Part shown: positions 35,280-45,791 of the stretch, piece by piece
Layout: each line of letters begins with the position of its first letter
How positions within the stretch are numbered: position 1 is the first letter of the stretch
Assembly: GCA_017416425.1 (NCBI GenBank)
Contig: JAFQCL010000029.1
Coordinates: 28,703 to 92,702, forward strand
DNA length: 64,000 bases
DNA from: Clostridia bacterium
GTDB lineage: Bacteria > Bacillota > Clostridia > Christensenellales > CAG-138
Direction: 5' to 3'
Notes under the pieces: generated by a model
Database searches by the model: none
What the model saw: only the letters and a program-made list of their open reading frames with translations
Told to the model about the DNA's origin: nothing
Position numbers and translations under genes: made by a program

Positions 35280-37142
35280 TTGATAGACGAGAAAGGAGCC
35301 TGGTTTTTCAATACGGGCAGATCATACGACGCATATAAGCGATTTGGCTGTCACAAAATGTCGGACGGCTCATTTTCATTCGCGCTTTGGGCTCCGCATG
35401 CGCTTTCTGTGAGCGTGGTAGGGGACTTTAACGGATGGGATCGCCAAAACGATAAAATGCATCGCATATTGGATACCGGCATATGGTATTGCGTATGCGA
35501 TAATGTAAAAGAGGGAGATTGCTATAAGTTTTCCATTGAAAATCAGGATTATTCCGTACACATGAAAGCGGATCCATTTGCCTTTTATACGCAAAAAAGG
35601 CCGGATAATGCCTCTATAGCGACAGCGGACTGCAAATTTATCTGGAGCGATGAAGTCTATTTAAAGGATAGAAAAAGATATAATGGTAAGGATGCCCCCA
35701 TATGCATATACGAGGTTCATTTGGGCTCGTGGCGCAAGGGGCTTTTATATAGGCAGCTTATAGATACCCTTATACCCTATGTAAAGGATATGGGCTATAC
35801 GCATATAGAGCTTATGCCCATAATGGAGCATCCGCTTGATGATAGTTGGGGCTATCAGGTAACTGGCTTTTTTTCACCGACGTCAAGATACGGTACGGGC
35901 TATGAGCTTAAAATGTTTATAGACGCCTGCCACCAAAACGGCATAGGAGTGATACTGGATTTTGTGGCGGCACACTTCCCAAAGGATGAGCATGGCCTTG
36001 CCCGCTTTGACGGCACGCCTCTTTTTGAACACCATGACTTTAGAAGAAGCGAGCAAAGGGACTGGGGCACGTTTATGTTTGACTACTCAAAGCCACAGGT
36101 GAGAAGTTTTATGCTCTCCTGCGCCATGTATTGGCTTTGTGAATATCATTTTGATGGACTAAGGGTGGATGCGGTGAGCTTTATGCTGTACCATGATTAC
36201 TGCAAAGCCCCTTCGGATGTGCTTAAAAACGAGCATGGAGGCAGTGAGAATATAGAGGCGATGGCTTTTTTCAAAGAGCTTTCAGATATAGTCGAGAAAG
36301 AAACTCCGGGCGCTTTGCTGATAGCTGAGGAGAGCACCGCTTTCCCAAATGTAACGGGCGACACAAAAAAAGGCTCATTGGGTTTTAATTTCAAATGGAA
36401 TATGGGCTACATGCATGATACCTTAAAATACATGGAGCATGATATGCGGGGTAGGCAACATAAGCATGAGTACCTGACATTCCCCATGTGCTATGCTTAT
36501 GCAGAGCGATTTATACTGCCCTTTTCGCATGACGAGGTCGTCTATGGGAAGCGTTCGCTGATAGGGCGGATGCAAGGCTCCTATGATGAGAGATTTATGA
36601 AACTGAGGCTGCTTTTTCTCTACCAATACACATCGGTAGGAAAAAAGCTTAATTTCATGGGAAACGAATTCGCTCAAATGGATGAGTGGGATTTTAAGAA
36701 GTCGCTTGATTGGAACCTTTTATCATTTCCAAGGCACGAGGAGATGAAACGCTTTTCTCGGGAATTAAACAGGCTTTATCGTGCCTATGACGCCCTGTAT
36801 ACGAGGGAAGATGGCTGGCACGGCTTTTCGTGGATAAGCGTTGACGACCGAGAGAACTGTACTTTAGCCTATATAAGGCATGGCGACCATGGAAGATCAC
36901 TTCTTTGCGTGCTGAACTTCGGAGATAAGACCCTTTATGACTATGAGCTTACATTGCCGCCGGATACGCTTGCCATAAGGCTCATATCTACCAATGAATG
37001 GCAATATGGCGGGACGGGGAGCTGCGCATTTGACAGATTACAAAGCGGCAAAGACGGAATGGTAAAAGTTACGGTATCGCCCCTTGAGGGCTGTGTATAC
37101 GAGCTTATTCGGCAACAATTGTGTTGCTCAAAACTTACTTAA
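35280..37142 (+). CDS. glgB: 1,4-alpha-glucan branching enzyme
   Basis: 620 aa GH13 protein with conserved regions DFVAAHF, GLRVDAV and EESTAFP. The start is a TTG and is uncertain. Confidence 0.85.
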   Translation: MIDEKGAWFFNTGRSYDAYKRFGCHKMSDGSFSFALWAPHALSVSVVGDFNGWDRQNDKMHRILDTGIWYCVCDNVKEGDCYKFSIENQDYSVHMKADPFAFYTQKRPDNASIATADCKFIWSDEVYLKDRKRYNGKDAPICIYEVHLGSWRKGLLYRQLIDTLIPYVKDMGYTHIELMPIMEHPLDDSWGYQVTGFFSPTSRYGTGYELKMFIDACHQNGIGVILDFVAAHFPKDEHGLARFDGTPLFEHHDFRRSEQRDWGTFMFDYSKPQVRSFMLSCAMYWLCEYHFDGLRVDAVSFMLYHDYCKAPSDVLKNEHGGSENIEAMAFFKELSDIVEKETPGALLIAEESTAFPNVTGDTKKGSLGFNFKWNMGYMHDTLKYMEHDMRGRQHKHEYLTFPMCYAYAERFILPFSHDEVVYGKRSLIGRMQGSYDERFMKLRLLFLYQYTSVGKKLNFMGNEFAQMDEWDFKKSLDWNLLSFPRHEEMKRFSRELNRLYRAYDALYTREDGWHGFSWISVDDRENCTLAYIRHGDHGRSLLCVLNFGDKTLYDYELTLPPDTLAIRLISTNEWQYGGTGSCAFDRLQSGKDGMVKVTVSPLEGCVYELIRQQLCCSKLT

Positions 37143-37165
37143 AAATAGATACGGAGGTAATGAAC

Positions 37166-38410
37166 ATGATGAGAAAAAAGCTTATCGCAATGCTGCTTGC
37201 CGGCGGACAGGGCAGTAGGCTCGGCGTTTTGACAAACAGAATGGCAAAGCCCGCCGTACCGTTTGGCGGTAAATATCGTATTATCGATTTTCCGCTTTCA
37301 AACTGTGTAAATTCCGATATCGACACGGTAGGTGTGCTTACGCAGTATGAGCCGCTTGAGCTGAACGCGTATCTTGGCACAGGCCAGCCATGGGATCTTG
37401 ACAGGCTGAACGGAGGCGTTTTTGTTCTGCCGCCCTATATGTCGGGAAATAATGGACGCTGGTATTCGGGAACGGCAAATGCCATATGGCAGAATACGGC
37501 ATTTATCGACCGTTATAATCCCGAGCATGTTTTGATACTTTCGGGAGACCATATTTATAAGATGAACTACTCTACCATGTTCCGCTTCCATCTTGAAAGC
37601 GATGCCGATGCTACTATTGCCGTTTTAAAGGTGCCTATGGAGGAGGCAAGCCGCTTTGGGATAATGAATACCGATGCATCCGGAAGGATATTCGAATTTG
37701 AGGAGAAGCCAAAGGCTCCAAAGAGCAATAATGCTTCGATGGGTATATACATATTCAAGTGGGATGTGCTTAAACGCTTCTTGTCGGAGGACGATAAAAA
37801 TGATTCCTCGGCGCATGACTTTGGCAAAAATGTCATCCCGGCGATGCTTGGTGCCGGCTGCAATATGATGGCATATGCGTTTAACGGTTATTGGAAGGAT
37901 GTTGGAACCATATCAAGCCTTTGGGAGGCGAATATGGATCTGTTGACCGACCCGCCGAAACTCGATCTTTATGATAAGGATTGGCGTATATATTCAAAGA
38001 GCGCCGTAATGCCCCCTCACTATATGGGCGCTAACGCGAAGATAGAGCGTTCCATGATAACGGAGGGCAGTGAGGTTTATGGGAGCGTATGCCACAGCGT
38101 GGTGTTTGCTTCGGGAATAATCGAGGAAAATGCGGTGGTGAATGATTCCATTATAATGCCGGGAGCGGTAATAAAGCGTGGGGCGACAGTAAATAAGGCC
38201 ATAATAGGCGAAGGCGCGGTTGTGGGAGAGGGCGCGGAGATAGGCTGCCGGCCAAATGAGAGCGACCCGGAGTTTGAAGCCACACTTACGGGCGATATAA
38301 CGCTTGTAAGCAACAATGTAGAGATATCGGACAAAAAAAGAGTGCCAAGAGGCATGATAGTAACCGGTTCAATGGTGGATAAGCTTAAAGTAAAGGATGG
38401 TATGAACTAA
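37166..38410 (+). CDS. glgC: Glucose-1-phosphate adenylyltransferase
   Basis: LAGGQGSRL...[16 protein letters not shown] motif. ATG 37166 has a GGAGG SD. The track's upstream extension overlaps glgB. Confidence 0.85.
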   Translation: MMRKKLIAMLLAGGQGSRLGVLTNRMAKPAVPFGGKYRIIDFPLSNCVNSDIDTVGVLTQYEPLELNAYLGTGQPWDLDRLNGGVFVLPPYMSGNNGRWYSGTANAIWQNTAFIDRYNPEHVLILSGDHIYKMNYSTMFRFHLESDADATIAVLKVPMEEASRFGIMNTDASGRIFEFEEKPKAPKSNNASMGIYIFKWDVLKRFLSEDDKNDSSAHDFGKNVIPAMLGAGCNMMAYAFNGYWKDVGTISSLWEANMDLLTDPPKLDLYDKDWRIYSKSAVMPPHYMGANAKIERSMITEGSEVYGSVCHSVVFASGIIEENAVVNDSIIMPGAVIKRGATVNKAIIGEGAVVGEGAEIGCRPNESDPEFEATLTGDITLVSNNVEISDKKRVPRGMIVTGSMVDKLKVKDGMN

Positions 38411-39534
38411 TGATCTTTAATGCTTTTGGACTTGTATATACGGCTGAATCAAATCTGATGCTGAGGGAGCTTACAAATTCACGCTCAATCGCTGCTGTCC
38501 CATATGGAGGAAGGTACCGCTGCATAGATTTTGTGCTCTCAAGCCTTGTAAACTCGGGAATAAGTAATGTTGGCCTTATAATGCAGAAGAATTATCACTC
38601 CATAATGGATCACTTAGGCTCCGGCAAGGAGTGGGATCTAAACAGAAAGCGTGATGGACTTTTCATACTGCCGCCCTTTGTCACAAAGGAGAATACGGGC
38701 ATATATAAAGGAACGGTGGACGCGCTTCATTCGGTAATGGGTTATGTCAGAAGATCATCGCAGAAGTACTGCATATTGACAGGAAGCCATACCATCTACA
38801 ATACCACCTTTAACGATATGCTGAAGCAGCATATAAAGAGCGGCGCTGATATCACGATCATGTACAGCGAGGAAAAAAGCTTTAATCCGGACGATCAGTT
38901 TGACGATTTAAGGCTTACCATGGACGCTTCGGGAAGAGTTGTGGAGCTTGAGATAGACCCATATAGACCAAAGACCAACTATCAATCCTGCGATGTGTTT
39001 ATACTCGAAAAATCGCTTCTTGAATACCTTGTGGAGGATGCGTACGCAAAGAGCTGCTATGATTTTACAAGGGATGTTCTTATTAAAAAGGTAGGCACTC
39101 TTAAGATACACGGCTATAGGTATGATGGCTTTGTTGCAAGGCTTAATTCCGTGGGTATGTATTTTTCAAAGAGCATGGAGCTGCTTAAAAAAGAGGTGAG
39201 GGATGAGCTGTTTAATCAGGAGCACCCCATATACACTAAAGTAAAGGATGAGGTGCCTGCGTTTTATGGAAGGGATGCTAAGATCGTAAACTCATTTGTA
39301 GCCGATGGCTGCGTTATAAACGGCAGAGTTGAAAACAGCATACTATTCAGGGGCGTACATATCGGAAAGGACGTTACGCTTAGAAATTGCATAGTTATGC
39401 AGGCATGTGAGATACAGGATGGCAGCGAGCTTGACTATGTGATAATGGATAAAGGCGTGCTTGTTAAGCGTGGAAGGAGGCTTTCGGGTCATAACAGCTT
39501 CCCGGTAGTTTTAAGAAAGGGGATGACCGTTTAA
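38410..39534 (+). CDS. glgD: Glucose-1-phosphate adenylyltransferase regulatory subunit GlgD
   Basis: GlgC paralogue lacking the GGxGxRL motif (RSIAAVPYGGRYRCIDF). Position between glgC and glgA is typical of Firmicutes. Confidence 0.8.
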   Translation: MIFNAFGLVYTAESNLMLRELTNSRSIAAVPYGGRYRCIDFVLSSLVNSGISNVGLIMQKNYHSIMDHLGSGKEWDLNRKRDGLFILPPFVTKENTGIYKGTVDALHSVMGYVRRSSQKYCILTGSHTIYNTTFNDMLKQHIKSGADITIMYSEEKSFNPDDQFDDLRLTMDASGRVVELEIDPYRPKTNYQSCDVFILEKSLLEYLVEDAYAKSCYDFTRDVLIKKVGTLKIHGYRYDGFVARLNSVGMYFSKSMELLKKEVRDELFNQEHPIYTKVKDEVPAFYGRDAKIVNSFVADGCVINGRVENSILFRGVHIGKDVTLRNCIVMQACEIQDGSELDYVIMDKGVLVKRGRRLSGHNSFPVVLRKGMTV

Positions 39535-40991
39535 TGGCTCTTAATGTTCTGCTTATTGCATCTGAGGCACACCCGTTTGTAAAAACAGGGGGGCTTGGAG
39601 ATGTATCGGGTACGCTTCCCGCCGCCTTAAATCGTATAGGCGTAAATTGCTCCCTTATGCTTCCGATGTATTCTAAAATTTCGAGTGAATATGTAAATAA
39701 AGCGGAGCTTGTAGCTAATTTTGATGTAAAACTCGGCTGGAGGATGCAGCCTTGCTCACTTTTTAGACTCACGCATGGCGGCATTTGTGTGTATCTTATA
39801 GGCAGCGATTATTATTTTAACAGACCATATATCTATGGAGACGGCATGTCCGATGCGGAAAGATTTTCGTTCTTTTGCAAGGCTGCAATAGAGTCCATAC
39901 CGCACCTTGATGAGATTCCGCATGTTTTGCACTTAAATGATTGGCATACGGGTATGATACCCCTGCTTTTAAAGCAGGAATACTTAAAGCATGAGCTGTA
40001 CTCAGGGATAAAAACGCTTTATACCATACATAATCTTCGCTATCAGGGACTATTTGATATGGGAAGTATAAAGGAGCTTTTGTCCATAGATGATGAATAC
40101 GCTACACCCTCCGGCATGGAATACTATGGAAACGCATCGTTTATGAAGGCCGGCATAGTGTTTGCGGACAGGGTAAGCACGGTATCCGAAACATATTCGC
40201 GTGAGATATTAAAAAGCGATGCCGGTGAAGGTCTTGATGGCGTTTTAAGGAGCAGGCAGGATGGGATATACGGAATAATGAACGGTATCGATACTACATC
40301 ATTTGACCCAAACAGCGATCCTTCTATCGAGGCGGGCTTTTCGGCGGATATGCCCGAGAAAAAGGTGCTTTGCAAGGCAGCGCTTCAGCGTGAGATGGGA
40401 CTTTTTTTGGAACCTGATATGCCTCTTATCGGTGTGGTGAGCAGGCTTACGGAGCAAAAGGGTTTTCAGCTTCTAACGGAGTGCATGGATGCTGTATTAA
40501 ATCTTGGTGTGAGCCTTTGCGTGCTGGGCTCGGGCGATGCCTGGATGGAGGAGTATTTTTCACGTATCGCTCATGAAAATCCGGGTCGTGTAGCTTTCTA
40601 TTGCGGCTATAGCGATGCCCTCGCGCGCAGAATATACGCTGGAAGCGATATGATACTTATGCCTTCTCAGTTTGAGCCCTGCGGCATATCGCAGCTTATA
40701 GCCATGAGATACGGCAGCCTTCCTATAGTTCGTGAAACAGGCGGACTTAAGGATAGCGTTGAGCCTTATAATCGCTTTACAAGGCAAGGTACAGGATTTA
40801 CATTTACATTCTTTAATGCGGTGGATATGTATAACGCCATAGAAAGAGCTGTTACATGCTATCATGACAAGGCGGCATTTAACGCGATAAGGCGAAATGC
40901 CATGGATAAAAGCTATGATTGGCTCGTATCGGCGCTGAAGTATAGGAACTTATATGAAAGCATGCGCGGCGCGCCGGAGAATGAGGCGTAA
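39534..40991 (+). CDS. glgA: Glycogen synthase
   Basis: N-terminal SEAHPFVKTGGLGDV motif. 485 aa GT5 protein. Confidence 0.9.
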   Translation: MALNVLLIASEAHPFVKTGGLGDVSGTLPAALNRIGVNCSLMLPMYSKISSEYVNKAELVANFDVKLGWRMQPCSLFRLTHGGICVYLIGSDYYFNRPYIYGDGMSDAERFSFFCKAAIESIPHLDEIPHVLHLNDWHTGMIPLLLKQEYLKHELYSGIKTLYTIHNLRYQGLFDMGSIKELLSIDDEYATPSGMEYYGNASFMKAGIVFADRVSTVSETYSREILKSDAGEGLDGVLRSRQDGIYGIMNGIDTTSFDPNSDPSIEAGFSADMPEKKVLCKAALQREMGLFLEPDMPLIGVVSRLTEQKGFQLLTECMDAVLNLGVSLCVLGSGDAWMEEYFSRIAHENPGRVAFYCGYSDALARRIYAGSDMILMPSQFEPCGISQLIAMRYGSLPIVRETGGLKDSVEPYNRFTRQGTGFTFTFFNAVDMYNAIERAVTCYHDKAAFNAIRRNAMDKSYDWLVSALKYRNLYESMRGAPENEA

Positions 40992-41033
40992 TAATGTAAA
41001 ATGAAAACTTTATGATATGTTTGCCCCCGCCTA

Positions 41034-41061
41034 AGCGTTTTACTTCGAACAGTAAAACGCT
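41034..41061. terminator. Strong hairpin after glgA (putative terminator, no clear U-tract)
   Basis: Perfect 11-bp stem AGCGTTTTACT / AGTAAAACGCT with a 6-nt loop. Confidence 0.45.
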
Positions 41062-41129
41062 ATACGCATTTATGCTATCATTTTTTAACGAAAGAGTGCA
41101 ATAAACTGGAATTTGCAGGAGAAGTTAAA

Positions 41130-41606
41130 ATGAAAGTCGATGTAAAAAAAATAGTAAATATTGATATAAGCATTATAGAAAAGATAACCGTATGGATGTA
41201 TGAATGGTGGGGCGAAAATGAAGGATATAGTTATGATGCAATAAAAAGCTATATGAAATATAGTCTGCAAGAAAAACGTTTGCCTCAAACATATGGTATA
41301 TTTTTAGATGATAACCTGATTGGTATCTATCAATTTAGATTAGATGATTTGTTTGTTCGTCCGGACAGGTATCCCTGGTTGGCAAATGTCTATATTGATG
41401 TTCCTTATAGGAATAAAGGATACGGAAAAGCCTTAATGGAAAGCGTAAAAAGCAATGCGAAACAGTGTTTAAGTTATAATGAAATATATTTATACACAAC
41501 ACATATAGGGTTGTATGAAAAATACGGATGGGAATTTGTTTCGGAAATTGATACATGTTTAGAGCAAAATCGAATACAGAGATTGTATAAACTGAATTTG
41601 GAATAA
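41130..41606 (+). CDS. GNAT-family N-acetyltransferase
   Basis: 158 aa. Acetyl-CoA-binding-like RNKGYGKALM motif. The gene and its flanks are visibly more AT-rich than the neighbours. Confidence 0.7.
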   Translation: MKVDVKKIVNIDISIIEKITVWMYEWWGENEGYSYDAIKSYMKYSLQEKRLPQTYGIFLDDNLIGIYQFRLDDLFVRPDRYPWLANVYIDVPYRNKGYGKALMESVKSNAKQCLSYNEIYLYTTHIGLYEKYGWEFVSEIDTCLEQNRIQRLYKLNLE

Positions 41607-41861
41607 CAAATGAAAATCTATCGGGCGATTGAAGATTCCGGGCACTAAAAAGGGCGCTTCTATGCGCCCATATCGGAAGTCTTGTGCGTCTTGTAAAACT
41701 TTATTTTGGGCCGGCAAAAACAGAATGCAGCGTCTTTATTTGGTCAAGGCAGCGACATCACATTTACGCTGCTATATCGCCTCCGCCCTGTAGACTTGCT
41801 ATCCACAAACGTTATGATAAACCGCTTGCTGTCAGTATTCTTGAAGAGTAGATATCAAATA

Positions 41862-41895
41862 ATCCTCCGCATGATCTCAAACATACGGAGGATTA
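41862..41895. other. 9-bp-stem hairpin downstream of spoIIE (possible terminator)
   Basis: AATCCTCCG-16 nt-CGGAGGATT. Only a weak U-tract on either strand. Confidence 0.35.
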
Positions 41896-41958
41896 ACTGT
41901 TTATGAACACCGCCCTGTAAACGGAGGGCATTTTAGCATGATCTCAAGGATTTTAGCT

Positions 41959-43665
41959 TCAGGTTATACGTCCCACAAGTACGCTCATATCATCGATGCG
42001 CCCTTTATCATGCATGGCGCTTTGAACCAGAGCAATAGCAGCGTCCTCGGCTGTGTTGGCACAGCAAACCTTTTCAAGCAAAGTAGCGATAAGCTCGCTT
42101 CCAAGCGCTTCGGTTATACCGTCCGTCATCATTATAACGCTATCGCCCGGCTTTAGATATACATCCTGTACGAAGGGCTTTGCCTGGGGCAGTATTCCGG
42201 CCGGAAGCGCTTCGGCATATACCGTATGTATTTTGCCTTTTCTTATTATAAAGCTTGGAGGGGCGCCCAGCTTTATAAAAGTAGCCTTGCCGCAGCTTCT
42301 GTTTAAAACAAGCATGTCAAGTGTTGTGTACATATCTCCAGTGCCGTTTGCGATGAGCAGCCTGTTTATGGATGTTATAGCCTCTTTTGGGGCAAATCCG
42401 GCTTTTATAAGTTCGCTTAGCTTAATGAGCGCTCTGCGGCTTTCATTTCTTGCTTCATAGCCCGAACCCATGCCATCTCCCATAAGCATTATGTGCAGCG
42501 CTTCATGCTCAAATATCTCCATGCTATCCCCCGAGCGTTTCATGCCGGCCTTTGGGACACAGGCTTTTCCCACCGATATATTTATTATTGGGGTCTCGGC
42601 TTCGAGAGGACTTGTTATCCTATCCATAAGATTTGATATGGACATGAGCTGTCCATGAGCAAAACTATCACCGGCGGTAAAGGCGTCCGCCATATCTGCT
42701 ACCGCTAAGGAACACTGTTTTAAACTGCGCTTAATACGTATAAGCTCGGTTTCGGCCTGAGAAAGACCCTGTCTTTTTGGAATGAAGCGAGCTATAAGTC
42801 CCTTTGGCGTAAGCATAAATAGTAAAGCTGCAATAACGCTTTCGGCAATGCTTGTAATCCCATCCAGAGGTAAGAATACGGATATGGCAATAGTGCATGC
42901 GATATATCCAATAGAAAGCATAAGTTTGCCGTAGCCTGATATCAGCATGCAAACAAAAGCTGTAAAGCAAAGCGATACGGAAAGCATAGAGGAGTCACCG
43001 CCTATTATGCGCCCTATGCTAAGTGCGATAGCAATGGTTGCGGGCATGCTTTTACATATCAGAAAGCATAACAGAACATAACACGCGATAATGACGCCTA
43101 TTCGTATATTGGCAATATTCAGCATGCCAAATGAGGCGCAAAAAAGCATTGCAAGCGCGGCTATCCCAAGGCGGGCGGATTCAGAAACACTTGCCCTTCG
43201 ATATGACAGTAAAAGACCTTGAAGACCGTTGCATAAAAGCGGACCGCATGCCGTTGATATGATGGCGCACAATATGGAATGAAGCATATCCTCCGTTGAG
43301 CTGCTGAAAAGGGGGATCATAAGTAGCTGCGCCCCGCAGAACATAAGTATACGGTCGAGCCTTGAAAGCCCTTTTTTTATGAGTGCAAGACATATGCAAA
43401 GCGCCGATGCAAGCGCTATCGATGAGGCTATAAAAAGACTTCCGCCTACTATTCCACCGGCTATCCCTGCGAATGTTGCCGTTATCGCGAATCGGCTTTT
43501 TGGCATAAGCCACAGCGCAAGCACCATGCCCGCTCCAAAGGGCATAAGGTACTGGCCGCCTATCATGCCAAAAAGAAGGGTCACTATAAAAAATGAAACA
43601 TGAAATGCTATGTCCGCAATAGCGATATTTTGGGCATAGGCTCTTTTTAAATGAAGCTCCTCCAT
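41959..43665 (-). CDS. spoIIE: Stage II sporulation protein E (short form): polytopic membrane domain + PP2C-type phosphatase
   Basis: 568 aa. About 300 aa of TM helices, then a PP2C/SpoIIE domain (GDSMEIF...LMGDGMGSGYEA...TLDMLVLN...IMMTDGITE...DDMSVLV). Confidence 0.75.
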   Translation of the reverse strand: MEELHLKRAYAQNIAIADIAFHVSFFIVTLLFGMIGGQYLMPFGAGMVLALWLMPKSRFAITATFAGIAGGIVGGSLFIASSIALASALCICLALIKKGLSRLDRILMFCGAQLLMIPLFSSSTEDMLHSILCAIISTACGPLLCNGLQGLLLSYRRASVSESARLGIAALAMLFCASFGMLNIANIRIGVIIACYVLLCFLICKSMPATIAIALSIGRIIGGDSSMLSVSLCFTAFVCMLISGYGKLMLSIGYIACTIAISVFLPLDGITSIAESVIAALLFMLTPKGLIARFIPKRQGLSQAETELIRIKRSLKQCSLAVADMADAFTAGDSFAHGQLMSISNLMDRITSPLEAETPIINISVGKACVPKAGMKRSGDSMEIFEHEALHIMLMGDGMGSGYEARNESRRALIKLSELIKAGFAPKEAITSINRLLIANGTGDMYTTLDMLVLNRSCGKATFIKLGAPPSFIIRKGKIHTVYAEALPAGILPQAKPFVQDVYLKPGDSVIMMTDGITEALGSELIATLLEKVCCANTAEDAAIALVQSAMHDKGRIDDMSVLVGRIT

Positions 43666-43855
43666 ATTTATTCCATCCTTTGTACTTGATTTGCACTCAT
43701 TTTTACACGTTTTTTCACATGTGGCTGTCGATGTGTATGCGAAATAAAGCGCAAATTTTGTGTAAAGGAACCGTATATGTTAAGATTATAATTAATTGAA
43801 AAAATTCGCCGATATTTATGCTATAATCTATTTTAAGAAAATAGGAGGATAATGT

Positions 43856-45355
43856 ATGGAACTTAATGTTGCAATAGAAAAGTTTAAAAACACCATGAAG
43901 CAGCTTCGGGCGTACAATCATGCCACTAGCCTGCTTTATTACGACTCTGTGACCGGCGCTCCGGCCGGCTGTCAAAAGGGCGTCGGGGATACCATGCAGT
44001 TTTTCAGCGAGGTGGCCTATAAGCTTACGGTAAACGAAGAAGCCTTTTTAGTGCTGGACACGCTTATGGAGCATCTGAATGAGCTCGATCCCATATTAAA
44101 GCGCGAGGTTGAGGAGGCGAATAAATCCGTTCGTGATATGAGAAAGATACCCATGGATGAATATCTTGAAGCAGACAGAGCCTTTAATGACGCTCAATTT
44201 GCATGGCACAAAGCAAAGGTAAGCAACGATTACGCGTCATTTGAGCCGCATCTTGCAAAACTGGTTGATATAACCAAGCGCTTTAGCGGCTATACAGATC
44301 CGGATAAAGATATGTACAACGCTCAGCTTGATAAATATGAAAAAGGGCTTGATAAAGCTACCCTGGATACATATTTCGGTCTTTTAAAGGAAAAGCTTAT
44401 ACCCCTCATCAAGCGGATAGGTGAGGCTGAGCAGATAGATGATTCCTTCCTTTACCGCTCATATCCGATAGAAAAACAGCGTGAGTTTTCAGATTACCTT
44501 ATGCAGGTGATGGGTATAGATCGCACGCATTGCGCCATTTCGGAAACAGAGCATCCATTTACACTTAATTTCAGCAAGTATGATGTGCGCATAACCACTC
44601 ATTATCACGAGAATATGCTGGCAAGCTCTATGTACAGCGTTATACATGAGGGCGGTCACGCGCTTTATGAATTAAATACAGGAGATGACCTCTACGGCAC
44701 TCTGCTTGCAAACGGCGCTTCCATGGGTATGCATGAATGCCAGTCACGATTTTATGAGAATATAATCGGTCGTTCACGTGAATTTATTGAGCTGATATTC
44801 CCGAAAATGCAGGAAATATTTTCTGAGCAGCTCAGCGATGTTACCTCCGAGCAGATGTATCGAGCGGTAAATAAGTGCCAGCCTTCCCTTATAAGAACTG
44901 AGGCCGATGAGCTTACCTATTCCCTGCATATACTTATCCGCTATGAAATAGAAAAGATGCTCTTTGACGGCAGTGTTACTACAAAAGAGCTTCCTGATCT
45001 TTGGAACAGGCTTTATAGGGAGTATCTTGGAGTGGATGTTCCAAACGATACGAATGGAGTGTTGCAGGATTCGCACTGGTCAGGCGGTTCGTTCGGTTAC
45101 TTCCCTTCATATTCGATAGGCAGTGCATATGCGGCACAGATAATGCATCATATGAAAAAGACCATCAATATTTTGGAGGTCATTAAAGATGGCGAGATAC
45201 ATCTTATAACCCAATATCTTGCCGAACGCATCTATAAGTATGGCAAGCTGCTTACTCCGAATGAACTGATTATGAAGTGCTGCGGCGAGCCCTTTGACCC
45301 GCGGTACTATATAGACTATTTGACCGATAAGTTCACGGCGCTTTATGGCTTATAA
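43856..45355 (+). CDS. Carboxypeptidase Taq-like M32 metallopeptidase
   Basis: 499 aa. HEGGHALYE zinc motif and an overall M32 pattern (HPF, IRTEADE, GVLQDSHW). Confidence 0.85.
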   Translation: MELNVAIEKFKNTMKQLRAYNHATSLLYYDSVTGAPAGCQKGVGDTMQFFSEVAYKLTVNEEAFLVLDTLMEHLNELDPILKREVEEANKSVRDMRKIPMDEYLEADRAFNDAQFAWHKAKVSNDYASFEPHLAKLVDITKRFSGYTDPDKDMYNAQLDKYEKGLDKATLDTYFGLLKEKLIPLIKRIGEAEQIDDSFLYRSYPIEKQREFSDYLMQVMGIDRTHCAISETEHPFTLNFSKYDVRITTHYHENMLASSMYSVIHEGGHALYELNTGDDLYGTLLANGASMGMHECQSRFYENIIGRSREFIELIFPKMQEIFSEQLSDVTSEQMYRAVNKCQPSLIRTEADELTYSLHILIRYEIEKMLFDGSVTTKELPDLWNRLYREYLGVDVPNDTNGVLQDSHWSGGSFGYFPSYSIGSAYAAQIMHHMKKTINILEVIKDGEIHLITQYLAERIYKYGKLLTPNELIMKCCGEPFDPRYYIDYLTDKFTALYGL

Positions 45356-45616
45356 TGATGTGCTAACTGTAGTGTTATAAATAAATTTCTTTTGCCGCTA
45401 AGTTTTGGGATATATACAGCTATTATAAGGGCGTTATGGGGAGCTCGTTTTGTAAAATGTGAAGTGAGAGCAAAGCCTCTGCCAATTGGAGAAGGGAGGA
45501 GGCTCCCTGAATGCATTTAAATAAAGTTTTTGAAAAACATAGCGGCAGATCCCAAAACAAAAAGCAAGACCCGCATAAGCGAGCCTTACCAAAATTTAGG
45601 AGGGGGAAGAAGCGAG

Positions 45617-45650
45617 GGATGAGAGGGGGAACAATTCTCATCCTTTTATT
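45617..45650 (+). terminator. Orphan plus-strand intrinsic terminator in the M32/MBL intergenic region
   Basis: 8-bp stem GGATGAGA / TCTCATCC with an 11-nt loop, followed by TTTTATT. Lies about 260 nt after the M32 stop. Confidence 0.5.
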
Positions 45651-45734
45651 CATCTAACTATAATACGGCTGGGCTTAAAAAAGGTTGCAGAGAAAATTAA
45701 AAAATTTTTAAAATGCGGGGTGAGTTTTGGTTGA

Positions 45735-45763
45735 TTGAAAAACGAATCATTGTAGGTTATAAT
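45735..45763 (+). promoter_or_regulatory. Candidate promoter of the MBL-fold gene
   Basis: TTGAAA (45735-40), 17 nt spacer, TATAAT (45758-63). Confidence 0.5.
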
Positions 45764-45791
45764 AAAACGATTATGCTTTTTGGAGAAAATG

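Noticed and set aside
45356-45780. 6S RNA candidate in the large M32/MBL intergenic region
   Set aside because: The 5' and 3' portions are both purine-rich and cannot form the long closing helix with a central bubble that defines 6S RNA.
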